IMG/VR virus record: IMGVR_UViG_3300012931_000015
Coordinates: 32,001-96,000 of that record
Direction: 5' to 3' (one strand)
DNA length: 64,000 bases
From: a virus
Shown: positions 30,948-42,118 of the stretch, one piece after another
How positions within the stretch are numbered: the stretch's first letter is position 1
Layout of the letters: the number at the start of each line of letters is the position of its first letter
Made by a program: the position numbers and the translations under genes
Notes under the pieces: model-generated
Seen by the model: only the letters and a program-made list of their open reading frames with translations
The model's database searches: none
Told to the model about the DNA's origin: nothing

Positions 30948-31811
30948 TTATGCCTTTTTATATTTGTAAGGATTCCCTAAATCTTTTTTCATTTCTTCTA
31001 TGTGGCACAATAATTCATTAAAGGGCATAGTACAAGTTGCATTCATTATTTCTGAGTTCTTCTTATAAAGAGGGTCTATTCTTATAGCCTCTAAATTTAC
31101 ACGTTCATGAAATAAATGATATATGTTGTGATTTAATCTTGGATTCCAATCCCTCTTCTGAGATTCTAACACCCTGCTAATTCTATAGTAATACTCGTCA
31201 TCTTCACACCCCCAGCCTCTCATTTTTTCATCCATACCACCAATTGATAAATGAAAATTTCTTTTAACAAAGTAACAGCCTCCGACTTTATTAATTTGGC
31301 TTGAAGGTCTACCATACCTGCATACTTGATTAGGAAAATCTAACTGTCCGGTCTTTTTCCAGATTTTAGTTTGTTCTGGGTTAAGATCAATAAAATTTTC
31401 GTAGCACCATAAAACTTCATAAGGAAAATTAAATTTATCTTTTCCTGATATAAGAGTTTGTAAAGATTTTAAAATGGTTTCTTTCTTTAAAATTATATCA
31501 TTATCAGAACACAAGCATATATCCGCATGACTTAAATTAACACCAACATTCATACCCCACGATCTGTTGAATTCTTTATCACTATAACAAAATTGAGTTA
31601 TGAAAGGTATTGAAAGTTTTACTTGCTGTTGAAGTTTATCAATACGAGTGTGAGTATCCTGCTCGATTATCCAAATATCAAACTTTAGATTAGGCTGAAC
31701 TCTCATTATTTCATTAAAAGTTCTGTCATAATATTTTAGTTGATAAAATAGATTTTCTTTTCTTTCTTCTGAATTTTGTCTATGACATATTACAAGACTT
31801 ATGTTTATCAT
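30948..31811 (-). CDS. GT2/GT7-like glycosyltransferase
   Basis: IIEQD...FNRSWGMNVG...DND...GGMDE...GWGCEDD...HLFH. Confidence 0.85.
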   Translation of the reverse strand: MINISLVICHRQNSEERKENLFYQLKYYDRTFNEIMRVQPNLKFDIWIIEQDTHTRIDKLQQQVKLSIPFITQFCYSDKEFNRSWGMNVGVNLSHADICLCSDNDIILKKETILKSLQTLISGKDKFNFPYEVLWCYENFIDLNPEQTKIWKKTGQLDFPNQVCRYGRPSSQINKVGGCYFVKRNFHLSIGGMDEKMRGWGCEDDEYYYRISRVLESQKRDWNPRLNHNIYHLFHERVNLEAIRIDPLYKKNSEIMNATCTMPFNELLCHIEEMKKDLGNPYKYKKA

Positions 31812-32646
31812 AATTTTTTATTTCCCTTATAATTTTTGTTTTTATATTGTATAATATATAATATATTATATATTTTTTTGGTAGTAAGTGGTGTATATTA
31901 TATTTTTTTATTAATTCATAGTTTATTTTATTCTTTTTTTCATTATTTTTTACTGCACATAAAGGTCTTAAATTTTTTAAATTCCAACATTTTTTAAAAT
32001 TTAATGAATTATAATTTTTTATTTTATAACATGATACGGGTATTATGTGGTCAATGTTCCATTTCTTATTTTTATAATCTCTTATTTGTTTACCATAATT
32101 ATTCCAATTCATCCAGTCTTCAAATTGGGATTCTAAATGTTGTTTTAGATCATTAAATGTATATTTTAGTATATGCTCACTTTTTTTATTGTTTTTATTT
32201 TTTTTCAACGATTTATAAATATAAGATGATATATTACTATGTAATTTTAAATAAGGTTTTTCTTCTAATCTTTTTTTTATTCTTTTTACGTGTTTTTCTA
32301 ATTTTTGTTTATGTTTAGAAATATTGTTTTTAGTATTATAGTAATATTTTTTATCATTTATTTTTTGTTTCTCTTTATTTTTAATTTTTTTTCTTCTTTT
32401 TTTATTTTTCTCCATATTATTATATTTATTATAATATTCTAATCTTTTTTTGTGATTTTTAGAATTTGCTGTATAATTTAACCATGATTTTTGTAACTTT
32501 TTATAATTTTCTAGCATACTATAATATTTTTTTCTTTGTATTTTTATACATTCTTTACATTGTGGTCTATATTTTTTAGTATCTTTTTTAAATTCAAAGT
32601 TTTTTATATTTTTTTTCTTATTACATACAACACAAATTTTTTTCAA
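31780..32646 (-). mobile_element. HNH homing endonuclease
   Basis: N-terminal C..C...CK.C; HLESQF...MNWNNYG...WNIDHIIP...NLRPL...N..K. Confidence 0.8.
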
Positions 32647-33491
32647 CTTTTATTCCCCGTAAATTCATCCCAATTATTCATTACAGGATCGCGCTGTAAG
32701 TATATAGGTAAATCAGATTTATTTATCTTAACAAGCGATTTCCAGCATTGTGATGCGCCTTGCGAGGGGTGTAAATTTCTCATTGTTGAAATAGTATTTG
32801 AGTTTATTTTAAAAAATACTTCATTTAACCAATTTTTTGTAGAAGGACACCCGTCGGCTACAGGAATTGCAAGCGATTTACGTCTTATACTATCATCGTT
32901 AGCTCTTACATAGCACATGTGGTGATATTTTACATCTTCAAAATGTTTTCGGTCAGTTACTCTGTTTACTCTAACTCCTGTTATTTCTTTTACTTTTTTT
33001 GGGTTTAAAGCAAATACTGGACTACAAGGTTCTGTTGGTTCAACTCTAAAAAAAACACTTGAAACATAGGTGAACATTTTACAACTATAACTTGTATGAC
33101 TTAAATTATCATCTTTTATATGTTGTATTGCTCTCTGTAAGTTCTCATCATCAAATATTTCATCCGTATCTAAAACTAATATTAAATCTGCTTCTGGATA
33201 ATGTCTTTTAGCAAAATCTACCGCATAGGTATAATGGTCTAATTGATTGTCCCAAGCTCCGGTTATATTAACTATTTTATCAGCGTGGTCATTTACTTTT
33301 TTCCATTCACTCATTATAGGTAAACAGGTATTGCCTATACTATCACTTTGACCTTTCCATGATACCATAGAATGAAAAAATAGCATTTTATAACAAGTAT
33401 TATAAATACTATCTGCCATTGCCTTTACAAAATCTTCACCCTGATATGTTGGCGAAATACTTATTATTTTCAAATCATTATTATTTGTCAT
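32643..33491 (-). CDS. GT-A glycosyltransferase-like protein
   Basis: ILVLDTDE (DxD) and a C-terminal HH..YVR. Confidence 0.65.
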   Translation of the reverse strand: MTNNNDLKIISISPTYQGEDFVKAMADSIYNTCYKMLFFHSMVSWKGQSDSIGNTCLPIMSEWKKVNDHADKIVNITGAWDNQLDHYTYAVDFAKRHYPEADLILVLDTDEIFDDENLQRAIQHIKDDNLSHTSYSCKMFTYVSSVFFRVEPTEPCSPVFALNPKKVKEITGVRVNRVTDRKHFEDVKYHHMCYVRANDDSIRRKSLAIPVADGCPSTKNWLNEVFFKINSNTISTMRNLHPSQGASQCWKSLVKINKSDLPIYLQRDPVMNNWDEFTGNKS

Positions 33492-33615
33492 ACTTTTATT
33501 TAATTCTCCTTAAACTTTTTTATAAAAATAAGAAATGAAACCATAAAATAGATTACACATAATATTAGTAGTGGAGATAATAAAATCAAAATTATTATTT
33601 CAAGAACTTTCTTTA

Positions 33616-34748
33616 TCATTTAAATTTTTCTATTTCTTTTTCTAAATCGAATATTTTATCTTTTAAATCTTCAATATTTTCTTCTAATTCTTCTATTTTG
33701 TTTTCTTTATCTTCAAAACAACTCTCACAATATACTACATCATTAGTTATATCGATAGGTAAATGACAATCATTACAGTTTATATAATCTTCTAAAATTT
33801 GTTTTATTACATTTTCGTTTACAGCTTCAATTTTACAACTGGCTAAACTTACATTGTCTTCAGTATCAATCTCTATTCTGCTAAAGCTAGTATTTGGAAG
33901 ATTAGTTATAGTAAAATCAGATTTTAGTATATCAATTCTAAATTTCATAATATCGTTTTTCCTCTTCTTCCAGATATTTTTTTAAAAAATCATATAATAT
34001 TTTTGTAACAGAAGAGGGCATACTTATTGTGGTTGGATCGCCTAAACTTGTAGCAGTTATTTTTAATTCTTGATTAAGTTTTAATTCAATTGTTCCAAAT
34101 CCTACAACTACAATTGGTTTTATTCCTTCTTCTACTTCTTGTATCATTTTTTCAATTTTTAACATTTTTTTCTCCTTCAAATTTTTGTATATGAGTATTC
34201 AGGTAATAAGCCTAAATAAACTTCTGGTCTTTCATCAATAGTTCTGTTTACAGTTTTAAGCCATACCCAACCCGTATTAGTTTTAACGGGTTTCCATGCA
34301 AACCACTTATCTTTTATTATATAATCCTTATTGTTTTTCATTTTATAACCTTTTTATTATATTAATTTATTTTTACTCAAAAAAGTATCTCTTTCGTATT
34401 TGGTATCAAATTCAAGTTTAAAATTACTCATGTACTTATTATGAGTATCAATGTTTAATTCAATTTTAACAAACTCTGAATTTAATAATTCTGTTATACT
34501 AAAATCTTTTTTTGTAATTTCTGCTGTTATTTTCATAATTTTTCTTTCAACTCTTTTATTAATTTTTCTAATTTTGCATTTCTTTGATAATTTTTAAGTA
34601 AAAGATAGCAATAATAAAAACTCAATATACTCATAAACCCTGCCGGAAAGTTTTTTGCTGAAAAGTAATAAATACTAAATCCTACTAAAAGTGCTAAAGT
34701 AATTATAAATGATGCTACATTAATGTTAAATACAAAGCTTCTTTTCAT
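33616..34748 (-). CDS. Cluster of small hypothetical genes (33616-33948, 33938-34180, 34177-34341 with WFAW.PV motif, 34533-34748 membrane protein)
   Basis: Consecutive short ORFs with RBSs. Confidence 0.5.
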
Positions 34749-34759
34749 TTTTTTTACCT

Positions 34760-35416
34760 CTATACTCTTATGTTGTTAAACTGATAATAATAACTTAAAA
34801 CTTTCTCATCATAAGGTTTTATGTTTTTTACTCTATACATTACAGTTTTGAATTGTTCTATTTCACTTGATGAATTACAATTTTTTAAAATATTATGTCT
34901 TCCGGCATTATAAGCTAAGATTGTTTTTTTAAGATCACCATTAAAATAGGTATTCCACTTATTAACATATTTATACCACATTTTAGCTACATATAAAATA
35001 TCTTTTTCACTACCTTTTTTGTAATTATGCTCATCCTGCGTTACTTCCTGCCATGTCCCCTGCATAAACTGAACTGCTGTTATTTCTCCACTTGATCCAA
35101 TACTGTTATTATCAAAACCAGTTTCTACAAGGGCAGTTGCTATGAAAAGATTTGAGGACAGATGAGGGTATTTTTTTTCTAAATCATAAAGCAAATTAGA
35201 AAGTGTAATTTTTTGTTCGTTGTTTATATTTATGTTATACTTATTTAATATTGCTAAAGTTTTTTTAACATAATTATTTTTTTTAATTTGTTCTATTACT
35301 CTAAAATATTCATTTTTAAATTCATTATCCCTATCTCGATATTGTACGGAAGAACATAAAACAAACAGCAACACTATCGAAATAACTAATACAGTAAAAT
35401 TCTTTTTTTTATTCAT
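34760..35416 (-). CDS. Lytic transglycosylase (SLT) with N-terminal TM/signal
   Basis: VETGF...GE....QFM..T...AYNAG. Confidence 0.8.
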   Translation of the reverse strand: MNKKKNFTVLVISIVLLFVLCSSVQYRDRDNEFKNEYFRVIEQIKKNNYVKKTLAILNKYNININNEQKITLSNLLYDLEKKYPHLSSNLFIATALVETGFDNNSIGSSGEITAVQFMQGTWQEVTQDEHNYKKGSEKDILYVAKMWYKYVNKWNTYFNGDLKKTILAYNAGRHNILKNCNSSSEIEQFKTVMYRVKNIKPYDEKVLSYYYQFNNIRV

Positions 35417-35460
35417 AATCTTTCTCCTATCAAAAAATATTTAAACAAAATAATATAATT

Positions 35461-36405
35461 TTACTGTTTTGTCAAGTTACTTTTTGAAATAATTTCATTT
35501 ATTTTACATTTGAGTTTATCCGAGAATTCAGCTTTGTATTTTTCAATTCTATCTTTATTTTGTTCTAAAATAGTACAATCCGGTTTTACAAAAACACCAA
35601 CCCTTTTAAAAAGTTTTATTCTGGGGGTTACCGGAATATTTTTATAAGTCCATGTAAAACAAACAGGTACATTATTACTAAGGCAAGCTATTGCTGTATG
35701 AACTCTATTTGTAATTACAAAACTAGCATTCTGATATAACTGATATAAACTATACCAATGACTTAAAAATAAATAATGATCTTTAAACTTCGGTATGTTA
35801 TGTTTTGTGGTTGAAGTATTTTCTATTATGTATACATATTTATAATGTTTTTTTAAATCATTTAAAGTATTTTTTATTTTAGGTATATTATCTTGTAAGC
35901 TATCAATATTAATTACTGCGTATCTTTTTTTATTATTCAATTTTTTATGAATATCACTAAGATAAAAAGCACAATCAATTCCTCTAAAGACATTATTATT
36001 TGATCTGTCAAAAGCTTTATATGTCTCATCATCCCTTATAAAAAAATAATTATTTGATACTTTTTCCATTTCTTTGCAGTAACTTATTTCTATTTCATCA
36101 TAATTAAACATACCTAAACCAAGCCATATCTTAATTGGTTTCAGGCTTAATATATTTCTTATTGCTTGTATCGCATATTCAGAAATTAAAGAACCACATG
36201 CTATAAATATTATATCATAGCTATTAAGTTCTTTCTGAAAAGGTTTTATAAAACTTTTATTATCTTGATTAACAGTTTCAAGAGCTTCAAATAAATCTAT
36301 GTGTTCGTTTGGAAATATTTGTTTTATTAGATATTCTGCGCCGATGTTAATAAATTCATTTCCGGCATTTAAAGAAGTCGGACAGGTCAATAAGGCTATT
36401 CTCAT
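35461..36405 (-). CDS. Polysaccharide pyruvyl transferase-like protein
   Basis: NAGN.FI...IRD..T...D.AF...VITNRVH..I.CL...VP. Confidence 0.8.
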   Translation of the reverse strand: MRIALLTCPTSLNAGNEFINIGAEYLIKQIFPNEHIDLFEALETVNQDNKSFIKPFQKELNSYDIIFIACGSLISEYAIQAIRNILSLKPIKIWLGLGMFNYDEIEISYCKEMEKVSNNYFFIRDDETYKAFDRSNNNVFRGIDCAFYLSDIHKKLNNKKRYAVINIDSLQDNIPKIKNTLNDLKKHYKYVYIIENTSTTKHNIPKFKDHYLFLSHWYSLYQLYQNASFVITNRVHTAIACLSNNVPVCFTWTYKNIPVTPRIKLFKRVGVFVKPDCTILEQNKDRIEKYKAEFSDKLKCKINEIISKSNLTKQ

Positions 36406-36794
36406 TATTCATTGCTCTTTAATTTTATTAGTTTAAATACTTTGTTTTCCATTATTCGTATTACACGGTGAACTTCTGTATCTACTTCTCTTTTTGATAT
36501 TTTTTTAGTTGTGTTACTTGAGAAATCTCTTAGTTTAGCTAGTAACAATTCTAGCACTTCGTGAAATGATGCTTTGTATATTTCTTCTTTTGTTGTAGTT
36601 TTATCTTCTATCCAATCCTTACCCCATGAAAAAATAACGTTTTGAGCTCCATTCATTTCATGCCAGCGAGTAGAAGCTATAGTGCCTTTTTCATCATCTT
36701 CTTCAAAATAGATTTCCCATTCGTGTAAGCTGAAGAAGTCAATGTATTTTGTTATGCTATCTTTAAATAATTTTACTTTTACAGCTTTTGTCAT
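36405..36794 (-). CDS. Zincin-like hypothetical protein
   Basis: FHEVLE motif. Confidence 0.4.
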   Translation of the reverse strand: MTKAVKVKLFKDSITKYIDFFSLHEWEIYFEEDDEKGTIASTRWHEMNGAQNVIFSWGKDWIEDKTTTKEEIYKASFHEVLELLLAKLRDFSSNTTKKISKREVDTEVHRVIRIMENKVFKLIKLKSNE

Positions 36795-36801
36795 AAATAT
36801 T

Positions 36802-37593
36802 TTATCTATAATTTCTTTTTATTTCTTCACATAGTTTATTAAAATTTATACTATCCCAATCTTTCTTGCAATCGCTAAAACTGTATCCTACTTCTTTAAC
36901 TGCTTCTTGTACCCAAGCTTCTTTTTCTCTACATGTTTCACTAATAGTTCCGCTATGATCTCTGTAATAAAACATAGCATTAGGATTATTTACAATTTTT
37001 CCGGTTTTACAAATAAAAGCGTACAAAATTCCTTCAAAATAATACGACCAACTATTTTTATATTGATCTAAACCACTATTTAAAATAGCTTTTCTATTTA
37101 ATAAAAATCCACCCATATACATAGGGTGTTGACCAATAAATTGCTTAAAGTTTAAATTGCCATCATTTACTTTTCTTACATTACCATGATTATTATTATA
37201 ATTACTACAAAAACAAGCATTAGCATTAAATGATTTTATAGTTTGTAATTGAAAAGCACAACTTCTTCTATCTATGTAGTCATCATAAGAATTCCATTTC
37301 AAGTATTCACAATCACTTTCTTTCCAGCATTCCCATATTTTTTTCCATATACCGCCCGGTCTAAAATAGCTGTGTTTTGGAAAAGTTACAATTTTATGTG
37401 CATATTGTTTTACTATTTCTAGTCTGTCTGGTTGTAGGTTTTCATCTACAGCACAAGTTATTTTAACAGGAATTGTTTGTTCTTTTAATAAGCTTAGACT
37501 GAATTTTAAATAATCAATGTTTGGATTTTCCCAATTTTTACCGGATACACCGAGAGGCATTACTACTTCTATTTGAAAATTATTGTTGTTCAA
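36802..37593 (-). CDS. GT-A (GT2-like) glycosyltransferase
   Basis: VVMP...EQT...SYDD...YYRDH...IS. Confidence 0.65.
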   Translation of the reverse strand: MNNNNFQIEVVMPLGVSGKNWENPNIDYLKFSLSLLKEQTIPVKITCAVDENLQPDRLEIVKQYAHKIVTFPKHSYFRPGGIWKKIWECWKESDCEYLKWNSYDDYIDRRSCAFQLQTIKSFNANACFCSNYNNNHGNVRKVNDGNLNFKQFIGQHPMYMGGFLLNRKAILNSGLDQYKNSWSYYFEGILYAFICKTGKIVNNPNAMFYYRDHSGTISETCREKEAWVQEAVKEVGYSFSDCKKDWDSINFNKLCEEIKRNYR

Positions 37594-37597
37594 AATA

Positions 37598-37972
37598 TTA
37601 TACTCCTGTTGGTGCTGTAAACACTTTAAAAATATTATTATCAGTTTTTTCCCTACACTTAGTATTTATTGCAAAAATTACTAATTGTATTTTTGCTTTA
37701 GAAACTCTGCTTTGAAATTTTAATACTGATAAATCAATTGTTTTCCATCTTAGCCAGTTAAAAAATCCCTTTTTTAAAATGTGTTCAATATCTTTTAAAT
37801 CTTTAGTGGATAAGTGAGCATAATATATTGGTTTTAAGAAGGGTTGTTTATCTGTAATTATTTTAGTAAAATCATAAACTGTTAATTTTTTATTAGTTTT
37901 TTTATTTAACCAATCATCATAAGGAAAAGCCCATATACATATTTTATCACTAATCCATTTGTTATTTTTCAT
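37598..37972 (-). CDS. Hypothetical protein
   Basis: ORF overlapping the upstream gene. Confidence 0.5.
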   Translation of the reverse strand: MKNNKWISDKICIWAFPYDDWLNKKTNKKLTVYDFTKIITDKQPFLKPIYYAHLSTKDLKDIEHILKKGFFNWLRWKTIDLSVLKFQSRVSKAKIQLVIFAINTKCREKTDNNIFKVFTAPTGV

Positions 37973-38249
37973 TATTACCCCGTTTTAGATAATCAATACT
38001 TTTTGCTTCCATAAATAATATATCATTTTTTGTGAAAACACTACCCGAAGCTTTAATTGAAATAGAAGGTTTTAAATATTTAAGACAAGTATCAGCTAGG
38101 GTATTATAAGTTTTTATTATCATTTCATTGATAGGTTTCTTATTGTATTTTAGATTGTCTGCTTTTATTATAAGATGAGTTTCTTTTTGATCTGGATTTA
38201 TATCATTTTTTACATTTATAATTTTTAATACTTTACCTTTTACTGTCAT
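37962..38249 (-). CDS. SSB-like OB-fold protein
   Basis: 'TYNTLADTCLKYLKP...IKASGS...MEA..IDYL' resembles the SSB core. Confidence 0.5.
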   Translation of the reverse strand: MTVKGKVLKIINVKNDINPDQKETHLIIKADNLKYNKKPINEMIIKTYNTLADTCLKYLKPSISIKASGSVFTKNDILFMEAKSIDYLKRGNNEK

Positions 38250-38275
38250 AACTTTTTTTTACCTTTTTAAAATAA

Positions 38276-38463
38276 GTAAAAGACAGAGTGATTTACATTT
38301 TAGACAAAAAGCTTGAAACAATGTGTACTGGCAACCATGTTTCCTTTATATTTACCCAAATTTAAAATAGTTAGCCACTTCAAGTAAAACTATATCCTTT
38401 TGTAATAAATCTACAAGTTACATATACTATTTATTTTAGCAACTATTTTTCTCTGCCTTCTAC
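38276..38463 (-). ncRNA. Candidate structured ncRNA of about 190 nt
   Basis: 13-bp closing stem plus three internal stems; G-U pairs are consistent only on the minus strand; starts just after promoter copy 3. Confidence 0.55.
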
Positions 38464-38474
38464 AAGTGAATTAT

Positions 38475-38545
38475 AATGTATCAAAATTAAACTTATAAGT
38501 CAAATAAAATTTTTAATTATATAATATTTTTACAATTATATTACA
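38475..38545 (-). promoter_or_regulatory. Sigma70-type promoter with TGTAAT-N5-TGTAAA box (copy 3)
   Basis: TTGACT (38503-38498), 17 nt, TACATT; box lies 25 nt upstream of -35, as in copies 1 and 2. Confidence 0.65.
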
Positions 38546-38789
38546 TAAAGAAGTTTTTTAATTTAGTAATCATAATATTCCCGACTTCTTTTTTTATTTC
38601 ATTCCCATTATCATCTATTTTTAATAATGTAGGAACACTCATAATAGAATATTTTTCAATTAAATTAAAATTAGTTTCATCTGCTATATTTATGTTTTCT
38701 ATATTTTGTGATAAGTCTAATTCATTTAGATGTTTATTAAGCTGTTTACAAGGTATGCAAGTATCAGAATAAAATTTATATATTTTCAT
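38541..38789 (-). CDS. Thioredoxin/glutaredoxin
   Basis: KFYSDTCIPCK...SVPTL; likely start MKIYKF at 38789. Confidence 0.85.
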   Translation of the reverse strand: MKIYKFYSDTCIPCKQLNKHLNELDLSQNIENINIADETNFNLIEKYSIMSVPTLLKIDDNGNEIKKEVGNIMITKLKNFFM

Positions 38790-38817
38790 AATTTTTTTCC
38801 TTTTTATATAATTATAA

Positions 38818-41800
38818 TTAACCACACAAACTATAAAAACAAGTAGGACATTTCATACACGATTCACTAAAAACTAATTTTTCACCACATTCAGGACAAA
38901 TTACTGATGATTTTTCCCCTACTTTGATATATTTTAAAAGAGCTTTTGCAATACTTTTTTCTAGTGATAAAATTGAGCCTTGTGCTTTCTGTAATTGTTC
39001 AACTATAAATTTTAGATCAATCTCATGTCTTAATGCTAACGATATTAATCTAGTCAACCCTTCATTTGTAGGATTATCATAATATTTATTAATATCTTCT
39101 ATTACAATTTTACCATCAATTTCAACTTGATATATTTTTTTACTTTTCTTTATTAAGAAACATTCTTCAACATTGTCTTCAATATGAACTCCATTTTCTT
39201 TTCCAGCAAAAATCTCAAAAGGTTTATTATCAACCAATCCTAAAAATATATTCCAGCGTTCGCCTTTAAAATTAATTTTATAAATTTTAGTTTTAACTTT
39301 AATAGGTCTTTTTTTAGCAATTCTTTTATCTTGATTATTATCTTCTCTTATTAAGATACCTTCTCTGCATCCATCTCTATAAACAGTTACCCCTATAATA
39401 CCTAATTTATGAGCTTGTAAATATACTTCTTCAATATCTTGTACAGTAGCATTAGAAGGTAAATTAATTGTTTTACTAACACTAAGACTTACATTATAGC
39501 TGACTTTACTTAAAAGTTGTAAATGTTCTAATGGTTTAATGTCGCTTGCAACAACAAAAATTTGTTTTTCTTTATCTGTTAGATATTTTGATTTCTGGCA
39601 TGAACCATTATTACTTGATACTTCTTCTAAAATGTTTAATTTTTTATCAGAATAATTATTATCTAAATATTTATCAAATACAGGATCAGTTATAAATATT
39701 TCATCATATTGTTTATTTAACTTTTCAATTTTACGTTTGTAGGCTAGAGCAAAGACAGGTTCAATACCTCCCGATGTTTCTGCTAAAAACGAAATACTGC
39801 CTGTTGGGGCTATTGAACTTATATAACTATTTCTACTCCCATATTTCTTTAAATCTTTTTGTAGTTGTATTAAATCAATACCCGCAAACTCGTATTCAAT
39901 TTCAAAAAATCTTTTATTTGCATTAATAAATAATTCATAATCATAGCTAGGGTAACTGCCATATTCTTTTGCTAATTTTACAGAAGTTTCCATTCCTTTT
40001 AATGTGAGATATTTAATAACTTTATCTGTGAACTGATAAGCTTCTTCAGAATTATAAGATATATTTAACTTATAAAGACAATGTGCTAAACCCATAATTC
40101 CCAATCCAATTGGTCTAATGTTTAATGTAACATTTTTTATTTTTTCTAATGGATAACTATTATTATCTAGCACACTATTGAGAAAAAAAACACCTTTTTT
40201 AATTAGATCAGCATATTTAATCCAGTCAAATTGATTATCTTTATTTACTAAGTTATATAGGTTTATTGAAGCAAGGCAACAACTAGAGTAAGGAGCAGAA
40301 ACGAATTCGTGGCAATTAGAAATATTAAAACCATAACACCAAAAAGTATGAGATAAATTATTAACTGTAATATCATAAACTTCTTGAATACCTAAAGATT
40401 CTATTTTTTTTATTTCAAATGATTCTTTAATTTTGTTTTTGTTTTTTCTTAATTCACATTTTTGTATTAAAATTTCTAATTTTTCCATTTTATATTTTTG
40501 TAAAAATCCTATTGATTCGTAAAATTTTTGTCTATCATTAGATATTGATAAATCATAAGATTGTTTACATTGATATTCGCCATTTCTGAAATTAACTTTT
40601 TTTGGTTTATTTGTTGTATAGTAAGTTCTTATACCTAAAGAAGATAATATGATCTGTAAAGATTTAATCATATTAAAAGAAGCAGATTTATATGTTATTC
40701 TATCTCCAACTATACTACTATTGGCAGAATATAAACCTCGTAAAAAAGAATATAAATCATCTTTGTTCAATTTTAAAAATCTTTCAGGAATTTGTCTATT
40801 ATATGTTTTGCATATTTCGTGAGGTGTAAGTGATGTTTTTATTTCATAACCATTTTTAAAAGCTTTTTGTCTATCTTTAATTATAAGCTTCTCGACTTCT
40901 GAATTAAAATAATCTTGGTCATTTTTTCCTATAATCAAATATATTAAATTATTACTAGCTTTATGTACTGCTCCATCCCCCAAAACTAAGCCATCCATTA
41001 TATAATCTGGGTTAAATTTTTTTAAAGGTTCATAATTTCCTGATAAAATATCTATACTTTTTGCATTTTTTATTTGTGTTTTTACACCGTTTGTTATTAT
41101 TTCGTGGTTATCTGTTGATTCAAAAGTTCCTGCTGTTGTATAATATCTAAAAACTTCTTTTTTACCTGTACAAAACTTATTTATAACTTTAGTCCAACCT
41201 TCCTTAGACCATATAATGTCATTTATCTCAATATCATTTAAATTTTTTATACCCTGTGGTGTTAATATTTTTGCTGTATTAAGTAAACAAGGATTACTCA
41301 ATACATAATCAGTTACATTCTTTATAGGGCATCTATTCCATGCTATTGAATAGTTCATGAGTCCCGGCTCTGCCGAATTCCAAGCATTTTTAACAATTTT
41401 AAGCCATAACTCACTAACAGTAACTTTATTATTATTTTTATCTATCAAATCTATATATTCACCCGATTTTAATTTTACTTGATGAATGCTTTTAGGATTG
41501 TTTTGTAATTTATTATAAAACTCATCAATTATTTTTACTGAAAAATTAAACCTATTAAATTTTGTTAAATCTTTTTTAGCTTCTATGAAATCTAATATAT
41601 CAGGATGTTCTATTGATAAGATACTTGCCCCTGCACCACGTCTTACTCCATTTTGCTGGATACCATCTAATACAGCATTAAATATATTTATAAAAGGAAG
41701 TGGCCCGGAACTATTTCTATTTAAACTTATTATATTTTCTTGTGAACTTCTAAGCTGGGAATGGTCATAACCGACTCCCCCCGATGCTTTTGTAACTATT

Positions 41801-42060
41801 GCACATTCTTTTAAAGCATCAAAAATACCTTCAATACTATCTTCAATTGCCATAGGAAAACAACTACTAAGAGTACCTTTTCTTTCATTATTTGTATTTG
41901 CGTTCATTAGGGTAGGAGATGAAGGAATAAAATTCATATCTCTTATATCTTCATAAATAGGTTCATATAATTTACTAACTCGTTTTGCTATATCATCCCA
42001 TTCTTTTTCATCTTTTAAAAAATATCTATCCTGTAATAGTTTTAGTATATTGTCATTCAT
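38818..42060 (-). CDS. nrdJ: Class II (B12-dependent) ribonucleotide reductase, intein-containing
   Basis: PSSPTLMNA, SSCF, GGVG, RRGA, NP|C.E, C.LASINL, R.IGLG.MG, IAPTGSIS, SKTIN, GVTVYRDG, C-terminal Zn ribbon; no NrdB seen. Confidence 0.9.
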   Translation of the reverse strand: MNDNILKLLQDRYFLKDEKEWDDIAKRVSKLYEPIYEDIRDMNFIPSSPTLMNANTNNERKGTLSSCFPMAIEDSIEGIFDALKECAIVTKASGGVGYDHSQLRSSQENIISLNRNSSGPLPFINIFNAVLDGIQQNGVRRGAGASILSIEHPDILDFIEAKKDLTKFNRFNFSVKIIDEFYNKLQNNPKSIHQVKLKSGEYIDLIDKNNNKVTVSELWLKIVKNAWNSAEPGLMNYSIAWNRCPIKNVTDYVLSNPCLLNTAKILTPQGIKNLNDIEINDIIWSKEGWTKVINKFCTGKKEVFRYYTTAGTFESTDNHEIITNGVKTQIKNAKSIDILSGNYEPLKKFNPDYIMDGLVLGDGAVHKASNNLIYLIIGKNDQDYFNSEVEKLIIKDRQKAFKNGYEIKTSLTPHEICKTYNRQIPERFLKLNKDDLYSFLRGLYSANSSIVGDRITYKSASFNMIKSLQIILSSLGIRTYYTTNKPKKVNFRNGEYQCKQSYDLSISNDRQKFYESIGFLQKYKMEKLEILIQKCELRKNKNKIKESFEIKKIESLGIQEVYDITVNNLSHTFWCYGFNISNCHEFVSAPYSSCCLASINLYNLVNKDNQFDWIKYADLIKKGVFFLNSVLDNNSYPLEKIKNVTLNIRPIGLGIMGLAHCLYKLNISYNSEEAYQFTDKVIKYLTLKGMETSVKLAKEYGSYPSYDYELFINANKRFFEIEYEFAGIDLIQLQKDLKKYGSRNSYISSIAPTGSISFLAETSGGIEPVFALAYKRKIEKLNKQYDEIFITDPVFDKYLDNNYSDKKLNILEEVSSNNGSCQKSKYLTDKEKQIFVVASDIKPLEHLQLLSKVSYNVSLSVSKTINLPSNATVQDIEEVYLQAHKLGIIGVTVYRDGCREGILIREDNNQDKRIAKKRPIKVKTKIYKINFKGERWNIFLGLVDNKPFEIFAGKENGVHIEDNVEECFLIKKSKKIYQVEIDGKIVIEDINKYYDNPTNEGLTRLISLALRHEIDLKFIVEQLQKAQGSILSLEKSIAKALLKYIKVGEKSSVICPECGEKLVFSESCMKCPTCFYSLCG
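40315..41289 (-). mobile_element. Intein (325 aa) with LAGLIDADG domain at the RNR catalytic Cys
   Basis: CLLNTAKILT...T.NH...MDGLVLGDG...FLRGLYSAN...VYDITV...ISN followed by Cys. Confidence 0.9.
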
Positions 42061-42118
42061 ATTATATAATTCCTTAGTTTTACTTTTTTGAGAAATTTAA
42101 TAATTATTAATTTATTTT

